Of a stretch of 64,000 bases of DNA, positions 12,721 to 25,885 are shown piece by piece. A program made the translations under genes and the position numbers. The notes beneath the pieces are model-generated. The model was not told the DNA's origin and searched no databases. It saw only the letters and a list, made by a program, of their open reading frames with translations. Source of the stretch: Chiloscyllium plagiosum (taxonomy: Eukaryota). Within the stretch, counting starts at the first letter, position 1. Each line of letters starts with the position of its first letter. Where the stretch lies: assembly GCF_004010195.1 (NCBI RefSeq), contig NC_057720.1, forward strand, positions 28,275,772 to 28,339,771. Reading direction: 5' to 3'.

Positions 12721-13504
12721 AATACCCTGTCAAAATTTTGTATGTTTCAATGGGTTACATCTCATTCTTCTATACTCCAATTAGTATAGGCCCAATCTAC
12801 TCAACCTCTCCTGTTAAGATGGTCCTTCCACACTTTGTATCAGCCGAATGAATATTTACTGGACTGCCTCCAATGCCAATATATCTTTCCTTTGACAAGG
12901 AGCACAAAACTATTCATCGTATTCTAGCATATTGAGGAGGAAATGTAAATACTGAGTATTTGCAAAAACATTATTTTTGAGCTTTGAAAAATGGGTTCAA
13001 CTTGTATGGTGTGACTTATGATGTAGAAGACATATTATTCCTGTGATTATTTATTCTAATGTCTTCCAGCTTAACAAAAGGCATTAAGAAGTCAGTGATA
13101 TTTTAGCTTCATATGTCTACATCCAAATATCTTTTTTCTGCTAGCAATTCCAAACTTCCTGATTTGTTACCTGGGAATATGTTGAGGCTGTTTATTCTGC
13201 TTAATGGTGTCACAGTTGTCAGATGCTTGGCAATCACATTGACTTGGTGCCACCTTTCAAATTGATGTTAGTAAAGATGAAATCCACGCTACTACAGATG
13301 TCAGTCTTTGTGGGTAGCTTTTTCCAAGTTCAGGGCTAAGTACATTGCTTCAGTGCTGAGTGCAGAAGGGCTGACAATTACAGTGCAGTGCTGCAAATTA
13401 GTTTATAATGCCAGTTTTGCAGCGTATTAGAAAATTGATTGGTGTAGTCTAACCTGGTTTCTTAATTGAAGTATTAGATTACAATTCTTACAAATGTAAA
13501 AATT

Positions 13505-13930
13505 TGTATGAGCTATAAGGAGAGGCTAGAAAAACTAGGGTTGTTTTATCTGGATCACTGAGACTGAGGGGAGACTTGATAGACATTTCGAGACTAAGGA
13601 GAGACTTCATAGACATCAATAAAATTATGTGATGCTTCGATAGAGCTGACAGTCAGAATCTTGTTCCTAGAGTTAAAATGTCTAATACTAGAGGGGAATC
13701 ATTTAAGGTGAGAGGGGGAAAATTCAAAGGAGTTGCGAGGGGCAAGGTTTTACTCAGAGTGTTAGGTATCTGGAATGTGCTGCCAGAGGACTGGTGGTGG
13801 TGGAGGCAGTTACATGCAAGGAATGGAGGCATATGGTCCATGATTAGGCAGAAGGAAATAGTTTAATTTGGCGTCATGTTCGGCACAACATCTGGGCCAA
13901 AGAACTCATTCCTGTGCTGTATTGCTTGCT
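13505..13930 (+). mobile_element. CR1 LINE 3' fragment with a ~30-bp internal tandem duplication
   Basis: ORF 13678..13866 (TRGESFKVRGGKFKG..WNVLP). gagactgaggggagacttgatagacat is imperfectly repeated at 13560-13620. Confidence 0.7.
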
Positions 13931-14452
13931 GTATGTTATGTGTTATAATTTTCTTGTATTTCGTGATCAATAAACTAACCGAGGCAGAAAGGTTAATTGA
14001 AATCCTAAAAATACACCATCTGTCTTCCTGTACTCTTACCCATGTCTGTATCCTCACCTGTTAGTATATTTTAATATCGTATTAGACATGTGAAATTACT
14101 GTCTTGCCAATGTATTTTAACCTGGAAGTTTCTTGAGTAGTTTTTTGATGAGGTTTTGGAAGAATTCGCAGTCTGAACAGATCATGCAGCTGTCATTATT
14201 TGAACTAACTTGGTGGGGTGTATTGGTTTGTATAACATGAGGGTGAACAGAAAAACTGCAGCACTGTGTTGTCATTGAAGAATAACATCAGAACATCCCT
14301 CTTGTTTTGAGGGGAAATAAGTTTGAAATTCAATACATCAGTTCTGTGATTTTATTCTTTAATCTGGAATATTTAGAAAGGGATAGACAAAATGCATAAT
14401 AAAAGCTGCTGCTTTTGCTGAATTTGGTTTTCTGTCATTTTTGTTTTTACAG

Positions 14453-14516
14453 AGTCAGTTATACAGAAGATTCTGGGGATAACTAAGCACTACACTTTGA
14501 CTTCATATCTGGACAG
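14453..14516 (+). CDS. ST3GAL3: ST3GAL3-type sialyltransferase, internal coding exon (64 nt)
   Basis: Polypyrimidine tract ...ttgtttttacAG precedes it and donor AG|gtaggt follows. Translates (E)SVIQKILGITKHYTLTSYLD(S), resembling the vertebrate ST3GAL3 segment recalled as DNLIKAILSVTKEYRLTPALDS. The phase-2 end joins the next exon in frame (AG|T = Ser). Not in the ORF track. Confidence 0.85.
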
Positions 14517-15557
14517 GTAGGTACAAGAATATAGAAAGGAACAGTGCAACTATACTTTTAAGGGAAATATAAATTATTTCCGAGACGAGGCAGTTCTCGC
14601 AAAATGTTTGAAATAAGCAACCTCAAATTTCCACTAACAGCTGAGAAGCAATTATTTTGATATTGATAGGTCACAGTTGTTTCCATGGCTGATAGGCATG
14701 CCCAGTGACTTTCATGTTGAGTGTTTCCAAACAAAGGTTCATATTTTATACATATTCTGGCTTCAGACACTGGTTAGATTCCTTAGGATGTCAATAAATT
14801 TTCCCTATCTTTTTGCAGCTACTCTGATATGATGGTAATTTGTTCCTTATGCATGGTCTGATTTAAGAAATTAGCAGTAAATTTGAATGGACTTCAGAGA
14901 TGTCAGATAAGTGGTTTATTTATGGCTCTGGAAGTCACAGGTCTTTTCATTCAGTACTAAAGTTAAAGGGTTAAAAAAACGCCTTAGAGACATGCATCAG
15001 CATAACTTTTTCATTGCGTATTGTCCATCAGGAATACATAATTTGTGTCAGTGTTCATAAAGTAATCTGTTGAATATATTCCCGAAGCTATGACTCAATC
15101 AAAATGCACTGACTGCATTTAACTTGTTCTACAATATACACCCCTATCCTTACAAAGCTCTGATCACAATCTTGGTTGAAAACACTGTCGTTAAGATAGT
15201 AATTCTTTCCTTTAAGTTTCGAAAGAGAGTCACTCTTTACCTCTGTGATTATTCCTCCAGCATTATATTCATGCATTCAGCCTTACTATATATTTTTAGT
15301 TCCACTATCAGTAACTGCTTCTTCACCCAGGCCCTTTTCCTTCCTTTTTCTTGGCATCTTTATCCTTCCCTTCCTTCTTTATTTTGAAAACCTTCTTAAA
15401 CTGCTTTTACCTCTCCGTCCATCTTTTCTTTTTCTCCGTCCTACATGTTGAAGCTTATTGTCTACCTTGCTGTGAAGCTACTTGATGTTTTTCTGTGTGT
15501 GAGAAGATGTTCAAAAATTTATATTAGTGTTTTTTCATTTTAAGAAACTTTATACCT

Positions 15558-17962
15558 CGGTTTGTGCACTGAGCTGGAAGGTTCATTTTCAGAGGTTTCG
15601 TCACCATACTAGGTAACATCACCAGTGAGCCTCCGGTGAAGCATTGGTGTCATGTCCTGCTTTCTATTTCTGTCTTGGTTTCTTAGAGTGGATGATATCA
15701 TTTCCAGTTCTTTTTCTCAGAAGATGGTTGATGGAGTCCAAATCAATGTGTTTATTGGTGGAGCTCCAGTTAGAATGCCATGCTTCTACGAATTCTCGTG
15801 TGTCTCTGTTTAGCTTGTCCTAGGATGGATGTGTTGTCCCAGTCAAAACGGTGTCCTCCTTTATCTGTATGTAAGGATACTAGTGATAGTGGATCATATC
15901 TTTTTGTGGCTAGTTAATGTTCATGTATCCTGGTGGCTAGTTTTCTGCCTGCTTGTTTGATCTACTATTTCTTACATTCCTTGCATGGTTATTTGTAAAT
16001 GCCATTTGTTTTGCTGGTGGTTTGTATTGGGCCTTTTAGGTTCATTAGCCACTGTTTAAGTGTGTTGGTAGGTTTGTGGGCTACCATGATGCCAAGACGT
16101 CTGATAGTTTGGAAGTCATTTCAGAAATGTCGTTGATGTAAGGTAATGTGGCTAATGTTTCTGGGCACGTTCTGTCTGCTTGTTTGGGCGTTTTGTTGAG
16201 AAATTGGTGGACTGTACTTATTGGGTTGAGAGTGTGTTGGAAAATGAAACCAGGTCAGGCAGCATCTGAGGAGCAGGAATGAGGAAGGGTCAGGCCCAAA
16301 AAGTCGATTTTCCTGCTCCTTGGATGCTGCCTGACCTGCTGTGCTTTTCCAGCAACACACACTCCCCAGCATCTGCAGACCTCACTGTCTCCCTGTATTT
16401 ATTGGGTATCCATTCTTTTTGAATACGCAGTACAGGTATTTTTCTCCTGCTCTTCCTAGTTCCTGGGTGCTGTAGTGTGTTGTTGCTCGCTGAAATAATG
16501 TCCTGATGCAGCTCCGTTTGTGTGTGTTGGGATGATTGTTTCTGTAGTTATTTGGTCTATGTGTGGTGTTTTCCTGTATACGCTGGTTTGAAGCTCCCCA
16601 TTGACTGTTCGCTCTGCCCAAGAATTCCTGAACATCATCAAAGACATAAAGATAGAAGAGGATGAAATAATGGTCTCCTTTGATGTGAGAGCCCTGTGCA
16701 CATCAATTAACATCAACCTGGCCAAAGAAACACTGGTTGCACTACTAGAAGAACCAAAGACACAAACATCAGACTTCATCTGCAAAGATAACATAATCAA
16801 GCTAGTTGGCCTGTGCCTTATCACCCATTTCAATTTCAATAGCAAGACCCGACAAGCAAGTCGACAGAACACCCATGGGAATGACTAGTATCAGGGTTCC
16901 TAGCAGAAGCAGTAACGCAGAGGCTCGAACAAACAGCCCTCCCAACTATCCAACCTAAACTTTGGGTCTGCTACATGGATGACACCTTTGTCATCACAAA
17001 ACAGAACAAATATAGGGAACCTACAACACCATGAACAATATCCTTACTGGCACAAAATTCACAAAAGAGGAGGAGAATGACAACAAACGCCCATTCCTAG
17101 ATGTCAGAGCAGAGTGAACAGTTAATGGGGAGCTTCAAACCATGCATGTACAGGGAAACAAGACACAGACCACATACTTAACTACAGAAGCAACACCCAC
17201 AAATGGAGCTGCATCAGGACATTATTTCAGCAAGCAGCAGCACACAGAGACTACCAAGAGCAGAAGAAATATTCCTATACAAGAAGAATGGATAGCCAGT
17301 AGACACCAATTTCTCAATAACAAGCCCAAACAAGCAGACAAAGCACACCCAGAAACTCTAGCCACATTACCTTATATCAACGACATTTCTGAAATAACTT
17401 CCAAACTATCAGACGTCTTGGCATCATGGTAGCCCACAAACCTATCAACACATTTAAACAGTGGCTAATGAACCTATAAGGCCCTACACAAACAACCAGC
17501 AAAACAAATGGCATTTACAAAATACCATACAAGGACTGTAACAAAAGTACATCAGACAAGCAGGCAGAAAACTAGCCACCAGGATACATGAACATTAACT
17601 AGCTACAAAAACACATACAAAGGAAGAAGGACACCATTTTGACTGGGATAACACATCCATCCTAGGACAAGCTAAACAGACACGCACGAAAGTTCCTAGA
17701 AGCATGGAATTCTAACCGGAACTCCATTAATAAACACATCAATTTGGACCCCATCTACCATTCTCTGAGAAAAACAACTTGAAATGATATCACCCACCCT
17801 AAGAAACCAAGACATATAAATAGAGAGCGGGACAGAAAACCAGTGCTTCACTGGATGCTCACTGATGATGTTACCAAGTTCGGCTGAAAACAAACCTTCC
17901 AGCTCGGCGAGCAAATTTACACCCAGAACATATGAACTACAAATCTTCTCAAAAGTCACTAA
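15558..17962 (+). mobile_element. Penelope-like element family B with a large inverted duplicated 3' half
   Basis: + strand RT remnant EFLNIIKDIKIEEDEIMVSFDVRALCTSI (16601..16888) followed by a GIY-YIG region. About 15558-16610 is an inverted copy of about 17115-17925. Confidence 0.88.
16225..16392. mobile_element. Degenerate fold-back family A miniature nested in the family B PLE
   Basis: gagagtgtgttggaaaa..caggtcaggcagcatc is mirrored by gatgctgcctgacctgctgtgcttttccagcaacacacactc. Confidence 0.7.
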
Positions 17963-18560
17963 GTTGTATACCTTACAACTTTATTAATTTTGAAATGTTG
18001 CTCAGTTTTAATTTTGATTACTTTCAGTTATCTCTGACCGCAAAGCAGCTATTTGACTTTCAGGTTTTCCCAAGTTGCATTCCTTAATATGCCCCTACAT
18101 CAAACATAGTGTACCGATGAATATATCGATATCCATTAATATTATGTGGCAATGACAAGTCAATCCCTGTGTATTATTCCTCAGTAATTATCAAATAGTT
18201 GTGTGACATCTTCAACCAACCCATTGAATACCACTAGATAACCATAAATTTGCTGTTACCACCTTGAGAGTTTTTTTTCCTGGAGATTCTGATATCTTTT
18301 GAAAGAATGTTGACTTTAGTTGTATCAAAGAAAATAATATGGGACAAGCTCCTTATTGTCATGTATAAAGCATTGATTTTGGTTCGTTCATCATATATGC
18401 AGTCACAAGAATTTGTGAGTCTCTGAATTCAATTTCTTAAAATGTCTATCTAAACGTTAGATTTTCAATTTGTGGAGCAAATTATATTTAAACTCAGGGC
18501 TGACAATCCTGGATGTAGGAAGAAGGATGCCAAGTGCGGAAATGACCTATCTGGAAGCCT

Positions 18561-21500
18561 TTCATGGGGCATTGGCATCCACTTCATGGGGCATTGGCAT
18601 CAGTTTTGGAACAGGGGGGATCTGTACCGTTGGGACGGTCTCCACCTGAACCGATCAGGTACCAATGTTCTAGCGAAGAGGATAAATAGGGTGGTCAGTA
18701 GGACTTTAAACTTCTGAGTTGGGGGGAAGGGGAAGTGAAATGGACAGGGAGTATGGAGGTAAATGGCAAGATAAGCAGCAGGATAGCATGTTTCCAGGCG
18801 GATTTAAAATTGAGGCAGACTGAGAATACAGTAAAAAGCAAGGATAACTTAGGACATATGACTACCAACATCTCTAATGATAAGGAAGTTAGCATTAAGG
18901 CACTTTACCTGAATGCTCGTAGCATTCATAACAAAGCCGATGAACTAATGGCACAGATAATAGTGAATGATTATGATATAGTAGGCATCACAGAGACTTG
19001 GTTACAGGGGGGTCAGGACTGGCAGTTAAACCTCCATGGTTTTTCAACTTATCGAAAAGACAGGGAGGTGGGCAGAGGGGGTGGGGTTGCCTTGTTAGTT
19101 GAGAACAAAATTAAATCTATGGTATTGAATGACACAGCGTCGGATGATGTGGAGTCTGTGTGGGTGGAATTGAGGAACCACAAAGGCAAAAAAACCATAA
19201 TTGGAGTTGTGTATAGACCTCCTAACAGTGGTCAGGACCAGGGACGCAACATGTACCGGGAAATAGAGAAGGAATGTCAGAAAGGCAAGGTTACATTGAT
19301 CATGGGAGACTTCAATATGCAGGTGGACTGGGTAAATAATGTTGCTAGTGGACCTAAAGAAAGGGAATTCATGGAATGCTTACAGGATGGCTTTTTGGAA
19401 CAGCTTGTCATGGAGCCCACAAGAGAGCAGGCTATTCTGGACCTAGTGCTTTGCAATGAACCAGACTCTATAAAAGATCTTAAAATAAGGGAACCCTTAG
19501 GAAGTAGCGACCATAATATGATAGAGTTCAGTCTGGAGTTTGAAAGGGAGAAGGCAAAATCGGATGTAATGATGTTGCAGTTGAATAAAGGTAATTATGA
19601 GGGCATGAGAGAGGAACTGACTAAAATAGACTGGAAGCAGAGGCTAACCGGGAAGACAGTAGAGCAAAAATGGCAGGAGTTTATAGGTATAATTGAGGAC
19701 ACTGTACAGAGGTTAATTCCCAAGAAAAGAAAGATTAACCGGGGAGGGATTAGACAACCTTGGCTGACAAAGGAAGTCAGGAAATGTATTAAAGAAAAAG
19801 AGAGATCCTATAAAGTGGCTAAGAACAGTAGGAAATCAGAAGATTGGGAAGGATACAAAAGCAAACAGAGGATAACAAAGAGTGTAATAAGAAATGAGAG
19901 GATCAAATATGAAGGTAGGCTAGCCAGTAATATTAGAAACAATAGTAAAAGTTTCTTTCAGTACATAAGAAACAAACAACAGGCAAAAGTAGACATTGGG
20001 CCACTTCAAACTGATGCAGGAAGCCGAGTGATGGGAGATAAGGAAATAGCAGGAGAACTTAACAAGTACTTTGCGTCAGTCTTCACAGTGGAAGACATGA
20101 GTAATATCCCAAAAATTAAAGGGTGTCACGGGGCTGAGTTGAATATGGTTGCCATTACGAAAGAGATAGTGCTAGAAAAGTTAAAAAATCTTAAAATTGA
20201 TAAATCTCCTGGCCCCGATGGGAAACACCCTAGAGTTCTGAGAGAGGTGGCTGAGGAAATAGCAGAGGCATTGGTTGAGATCTTTCAAGAGTCACTGGAG
20301 TCAGGAAAGGTCCCAGATGATTGGAAGATGGCTGTTGTAACCCCCTTGTTCAAGAAAGGATCAAGGCAAAAGATGGAAAATTATAGGCCAATCAGCTTAA
20401 CCTCGGTTGTTGGTAAAATTCTAGAATCCATCATTAAGGATAATGTTTCTAAATTCTTGGAAGAGCAGAGTCTGATTAGAACAAGTCAACATAGATTTAG
20501 TAAAGGGAGGTCATGCCTGACAAACCTGTTGGAATTTTTTGAAGAGGTAACAAGTAGGTTAGACCAGGGAAACCCAGTGGATGTGGTCTATCTAGACTTT
20601 CAAAAGACCTTTGATAAGGTGCCACACGGGAGGCTGCTGAGCAAGGTGAGGGCCCATGGTGTTCGAGGTGAGCTGCTGGGATGAATTGAGGATTGGCTGT
20701 CTAACAGAAGGCAGAGAGTTGGGATAAAAGGTTCTTTTTCAGAATGCCAGCCGGTGACGAGCGGTGTCCCGCAGGGTTCGGTGCTGGGGCCACAGCTGTT
20801 CGCAATATATATTAATGATTTGGATGAGGGAACCGGGGGAATTCTAGCGAAGTTTGCCGATGATACGAAGTTAGGTGGACAGGAAGGTAGTACTGAGGAA
20901 GTGGGGAGGCTACAGAAGGATCTAGACAGGTGGGGAGAGTGGTCCAGGAAATGGCTGATGGAATTTAACGTGAGCAAGTGCGAGGTCTTGCACTTTGGCA
21001 AAAAGAATAAAAACATAGACTACTTTCTAAATGGTGAGAAAATTAATAAAGCCAAAGCACAAAGGGATCTGGGAGTGCTAGTCCAGGATTCTCTAAAGGT
21101 AAACATGCAGGTTGAGCCCGTGATTAAGAAAGCGAATGCAATGTTGTCTCTTATCTCAAGAGGGTTGGAATATAAAAGCAGAGATGTACCACTAAGACTT
21201 TATAAAGCTCTGGTTAGGCCCCATTTGGAGTACTATGTCCAGTTTTGGTCCNNNNNNNNNNNNNNNNNNNNNNNNNNNNNNNNNNNNNNNNNNNNNNNNN
21301 NNNNNNNNNNNNNNNNNNNNNNNNNNNNNNNNNNNNNNNNNNNNNNNNNNNNNNNNNNNNNNNNNNNNNNNNNNNNNNNNNNNNNNNNNNNNNNNNNNNN
21401 NNNNNNNNNNNNNNNNNNNNNNNNNNNNNNNNNNNNNNNNNNNNNNNNNNNNNNNNNNNNNNNNNNNNNNNNNNNNNNNNNNNNNNNNNNNNNNNNNNNN

Positions 21501-22110
21501 NNNNNNNNNNNNNNNNNNNNNNNNNNNNNNNNNNNNNNNNNNNNNNNNNNNNNNNNNNNNNNNNNNNNNNNNNNNNNNNNNNNNNNNNNNNNNNNNNNNN
21601 NNNNNNNNNNNNNNNNNNNNNNNNNNNNNNNNNNNNNNNNNNNNNNNNNNNNNNNNNNNNNNNNNNNNNNNNNNNNNNNNNNNNNNNNNNNNNNNNNNNN
21701 NNNNNNNNNNNNNNNNNNNNNNNNNNNNNNNNNNNNNNNNNNNNNNNNNNNNNNNNNNNNNNNNNNNNNNNNNNNNNNNNNNNNNNNNNNNNNNNNNNNN
21801 NNNNNNNNNNNNNNNNNNNNNNNNNNNNNNNNNNNNNNNNNNNNNNNNNNNNNNNNNNNNNNNNNNNNNNNNNNNNNNNNNNNNNNNNNNNNNNNNNNNN
21901 NNNNNNNNNNNNNNNNNNNNNNTTCTACAACTCAATGAAGTCGTCTTCAAGGCCGAGATTGATAGATTCTTGTTGTCTAGAGGAATTAAGGGCTATGGGG
22001 AGAACGCTGGTAAGTGGAGCTGAAATGCGCATCAGCCATGATTGAATGGCGGAGTGGACTCGATGGGCCGAATGGCCTTACTTCCACTCCTATGTCTTAT
22101 GGTCTTATAG
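18561..22110 (+). mobile_element. Young CR1-clade LINE: end of ORF1 (SGNH esterase), near-intact ORF2 (APE endonuclease + RT) and 3' UTR
   Basis: ORF1 end ..LYRWDGLHLNRSG... ORF2 motifs include YLNARS, GITETW, VYRPP, MGDFN, SDHN, YRPISLTS, PQGSVLGP and FADDTKLGG. ORFs 18735..20684 and 20754.. share a frame, split by a single TGA at 20682-20684. The tail ends tcttatggtcttatag. Confidence 0.95.
21252..21922. other. Assembly gap
   Basis: Run of N. Confidence 1.
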
Positions 22111-25100
22111 TCTTTCTGGCAGCTCTAGCACTGTGTACAAAAACGTTTTAAGAAAGGATAAAATATAAAAAATCCCATGAGTCCTCATCCTTCACATGAT
22201 GTCCCCACCCCCACTCACTCCTCATTTTCCCTTCCATGCTAACCAATGCCATTGCAAGCTGTCTTAACACCTCTTATTCCATGCATGTATACTCCACCCA
22301 TGGCCGTTTAAGGCCCTTATTCCACAACCAATGTTGCCTCCATTCAATACGTTTTTCTGTTGCCCTGTGCCAACTCATCCATTATCTACCATGGACAGAC
22401 ATGAGGATCAATGCTGATATTAAACAATAGAAAATTCCATGTGTCTTTTATAGACTTACCTTTACTGAAGAAACACTGGCTGCATGTGGAATCTTGAGCC
22501 GGGGCTCATCTTTTGTTTCTTTTCACTTTTGCTCTTTTTCTTTTCTCTATTGTTTGTTTCGTTCATTTTTATTTTCTTTGAAGCCATTTCCAGCAGGTTG
22601 GTCAGCAGCACTGGCGCAGCAGCAAGAGTAGGTTTTGTGCAGAATAGAGGTAGCCTCCCGATGGTTGGAGCCAGCAGTGACCACAGTGGCAGTAAGGTCA
22701 TCCTCCTGCCATTTGGGGGTGGCACCAGTGGCAGCAAAGCTCCTCTAGCGATCAGAGCTAGCAACAGACTTATCAAGGTGGTGGCACTGGCAAAGCAACA
22801 TCTCGGAGGAGACATAAGTAGTGGGACTCTTGGCAAGGCAGCAGCAGCCTGGCCTGGCAGTGAAGCCAGGGACCTCTGGTTGCAAGAGGCCCAGACCAGG
22901 AATTTCTGGCAGCATCATTGAAGTGGCATAGAGCAGGAACCTCTGGTTATAAATGCGATGGCAGCAGCAGCCCCCCATTGGAGTAGGCTCGGAGCCAGGG
23001 ATTCCTAGTTGCAGGGTAAGTGTGGGTTCAGCAACTAAAGGGTGATGACGCCGATGTTGGTGGATCTAGTTCAGGTTGCAGCAAGGTGGAGGAATGAAGA
23101 TAGACTTTTTCATTCTTAATGTATTCAAAATGGCGCTGGACTTTGGCAACTATTGAAGCTTTTCACTGTAATTTACTGTGTTATTTATTATGAAATGCAA
23201 GTGATAATAAGTATTTCAATTTCAATAAAATCCCATTTACAACATTTCCAATTCTGATTGAAAGCCTTATAATAACAAACATTTTATTCAGGCACATAAT
23301 GACTACTAAAAACAAACATTGGAATTCCTAGTCTGAGGTCGAAACTTGGAGTTGTCAATCATTCTGTGAAATGACAGACACTCTACAGATGCAGTATCAG
23401 TGATGCAGCACTGATCCAGTCCTCAGGCATCGGTCAATGGACAGACCAAATAATGCTTTTCTTTTAAACTCTCGAGGTGATTTTTTCAAGTTTTTAAGGG
23501 GCAGGACTTTTAAATGTATTGACACCTTAACATCTTGCTTTAACAATAGGTTTTGGTGATTCCTCTTGATACTTTTGACAGTTACATTTGACACTTTTGG
23601 CATGTATTTCAGAGTTCGTCTTGCTAGGTCCCTCTGACACAACTGACAATTCCCTTTGCCAGGTGCTTTCAGCAGTGCCTTTGATAGGTCTGTTGACTGT
23701 TCTAGTGAGCTTGATGCTTACAGTTTATACAGTTTTTGCATACATTCATGCCTGTGATTTAATCAGCCCATAGGACATCTTCCCTTCCTCAAAGAACAGC
23801 CAATCTCCTGAATTGTCCTGGTGTTATATCCAAATTGGCTCCTAGGACTTTAACTCTCCAAAGGGCTATCTGAATAATCCCACAATGTTTAGATCTTCTC
23901 CTATGTTTAATCCACACTTTTCATATTTCAGACATCCATGTCACCAAATTAAGACAGAAGTGGAGGAAGCAGCTGATTTCTTGGGGTAGCTGCCTCCACA
24001 AAATTTAAGTTCTTGAAACTTTAACTTGGACCCATTAACTCCCCATGCAAACATATTGGGGGATTAGATTTCAAATGTTTGGGATTGTCTGCCATTTTTG
24101 CTATGATAGAGAGGTTGAGTATTGCAGCAAAACCTAGGCCCAGGAGCTTGAAATGGCCTCAGATAGTCTGGTCCACATCCAGATTTATCCACGGTACAAA
24201 GTAAATATTACTCAAGTGCATTTTTGCTTCTTTAAAATTGTTAGGCCATTGTGACCACCTGTTCTTCAAATTGAAAAAAAATGACATCATATATTGGATA
24301 TCATCAGCTGCATTCTGTCTTTTAATGAAGTCCACATGATTTAGATTAATGTTATTAATCTCTACATGTCAGGCCAGGTTCTTGCCAAAATTGTTATTCC
24401 ACCTACAGGAAGGACATTAGCTGATAACCTAGCATATGTTTGCCCTCATATAGTTTCTCAGTTCATCACTCATGCATTAATTAGCCCAAAAATTATTTGA
24501 GAGATTTAATATACCTTGTGATTCATACGATGAGTGAAAATATGTTACTCTTAAAAGCAAAAAAAGCTGAAAATTGAAAAAATACATTTTATACAAATTG
24601 ATTATTTCCTTGTATTTTATATTCATGTTACCTTCATTGAGATGTTTAATAAATATTGTGAACAAAAGGAATTGCAGGTTATATCCGTGGGGAACTTTGA
24701 CAGTCACAGCTGCTCAATTAGAATTACTGCCATTGATAACTCCTTTCTGTTTCCTATTATCTCGCAAATTAATACTCTGAATCTAAATTTCCTTCATGAT
24801 CCCATGAGATTTTACTTTAGCCATTAGTTTCATGTCAAAGACTATATCAACTGCTTTGTGAAGTAAAAATGCAAGATATCCACTTGCCTTCATTCTGCAA
24901 CTATGGTACATCCTCAAAGATTTTAATAAACCTGTTGGGAACAACCTGCTTTTTATTGTTCCATATTAGTTTGAATTTATTTCCTCCACTCTCCCTTGAT
25001 GCTTTTGATTTGGTTCCTGCATAATAAACTTTATTTTCCTACCCTATTTTTAAACTAATGCTCTTCTAATTATTAGTTCATGGTTCTGTACTGTAAGGAA

Positions 25101-25224
25101 ACATTGAGTCCTTTTCCTCCTTTGCTATCGAATAGATAAAAGTTTCTGCCAGAGAACACTGTTCCTCTACATTAAAAATGTTCTCTACGTGAAAACTAAC
25201 CTTTTTTCCAATTGATTACACATT

Positions 25225-25360
25225 GTGAAGCCTCACCAGAGGCTCACTGATGATGTTACTTGTATGGTAACGAAACATCTGAAAATGAACCTTCCAGCTC
25301 AGCAGCAAACTTAGATTTAGAACCTCAGCCTGAGCTACAAATCTTCTCCAAACTCGCTAA
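25225..25360 (+). mobile_element. Solo terminal repeat of PLE family B (136 bp) with hammerhead motif
   Basis: Matches the 3' ends at 17855-17962 and 34725-34849. TSD gattacacatt (25214-25224, 25361-25371). Core CUGAUGA-U-GUUAC-loop-GUAAC-GAAACAUC at 25247-25279. Confidence 0.85.
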
Positions 25361-25789
25361 GATTACACATTAGCTGAATTTATTCCTGTATAACTAACAC
25401 TTAATTAGGCATGACAGTTTACAATATATTTGGGAGCTCTTTCTATTTGCACAAATGTTATGCAGCAACTATAACTTTGCGTTGTGTTGTGAGGATTACT
25501 CACAAACTATAGAGTCAATCTCTTTCCTGTGAACTGGACTTCAAAAGGTACATAGAGTCTGTTTCTGCTTCAGTTTAATACGCAACACCACAGTGAACTC
25601 TTTGTGTCCTGGCCTTATTGTCGGTGCCTCCAAAACCACAGCGATGATGTCACTGGAGTTTTGTATTATTTTTCTATTAACAATAGTGCAGTGAACATCA
25701 GAATTACTGTGTAAATTTAGATTTGCAATTGAAATGCTCCCTTTATTTGGAAACTTCCAGATATGGTAAATAGTCTTCGTCTTTTTCAG

Positions 25790-25885
25790 TTTAACCTGCA
25801 AGCGATGCATTATCATGGGCAATGGAGGAATAGTGGCCAACAAATCCCTTGGGTCAAGAATTGATGAATATGATGTTGTAATAAG
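25790..25885 (+). CDS. ST3GAL3: ST3GAL3-type sialyltransferase exon (96 nt), N-terminal half of sialylmotif L
   Basis: Acceptor ctttttcAG and donor AG|gtgagt. Translates LTCKRCIIMGNGGIVANKSLGSRIDEYDVVI(R), the GT29 sialylmotif L pattern C-x-x-x-GNGG...G..ID.YD.V.R. Confidence 0.95.

Noticed and set aside
20754..22045. Long ORFs containing X runs (also 47584-49029)
   Set aside because: Artefacts of translating through N gaps.
22484..22921. 145-aa ORF with a hydrophobic N-terminus
   Set aside because: The hydrophobic stretch comes from a T-rich tract; there is no recognisable domain or supported splice context.
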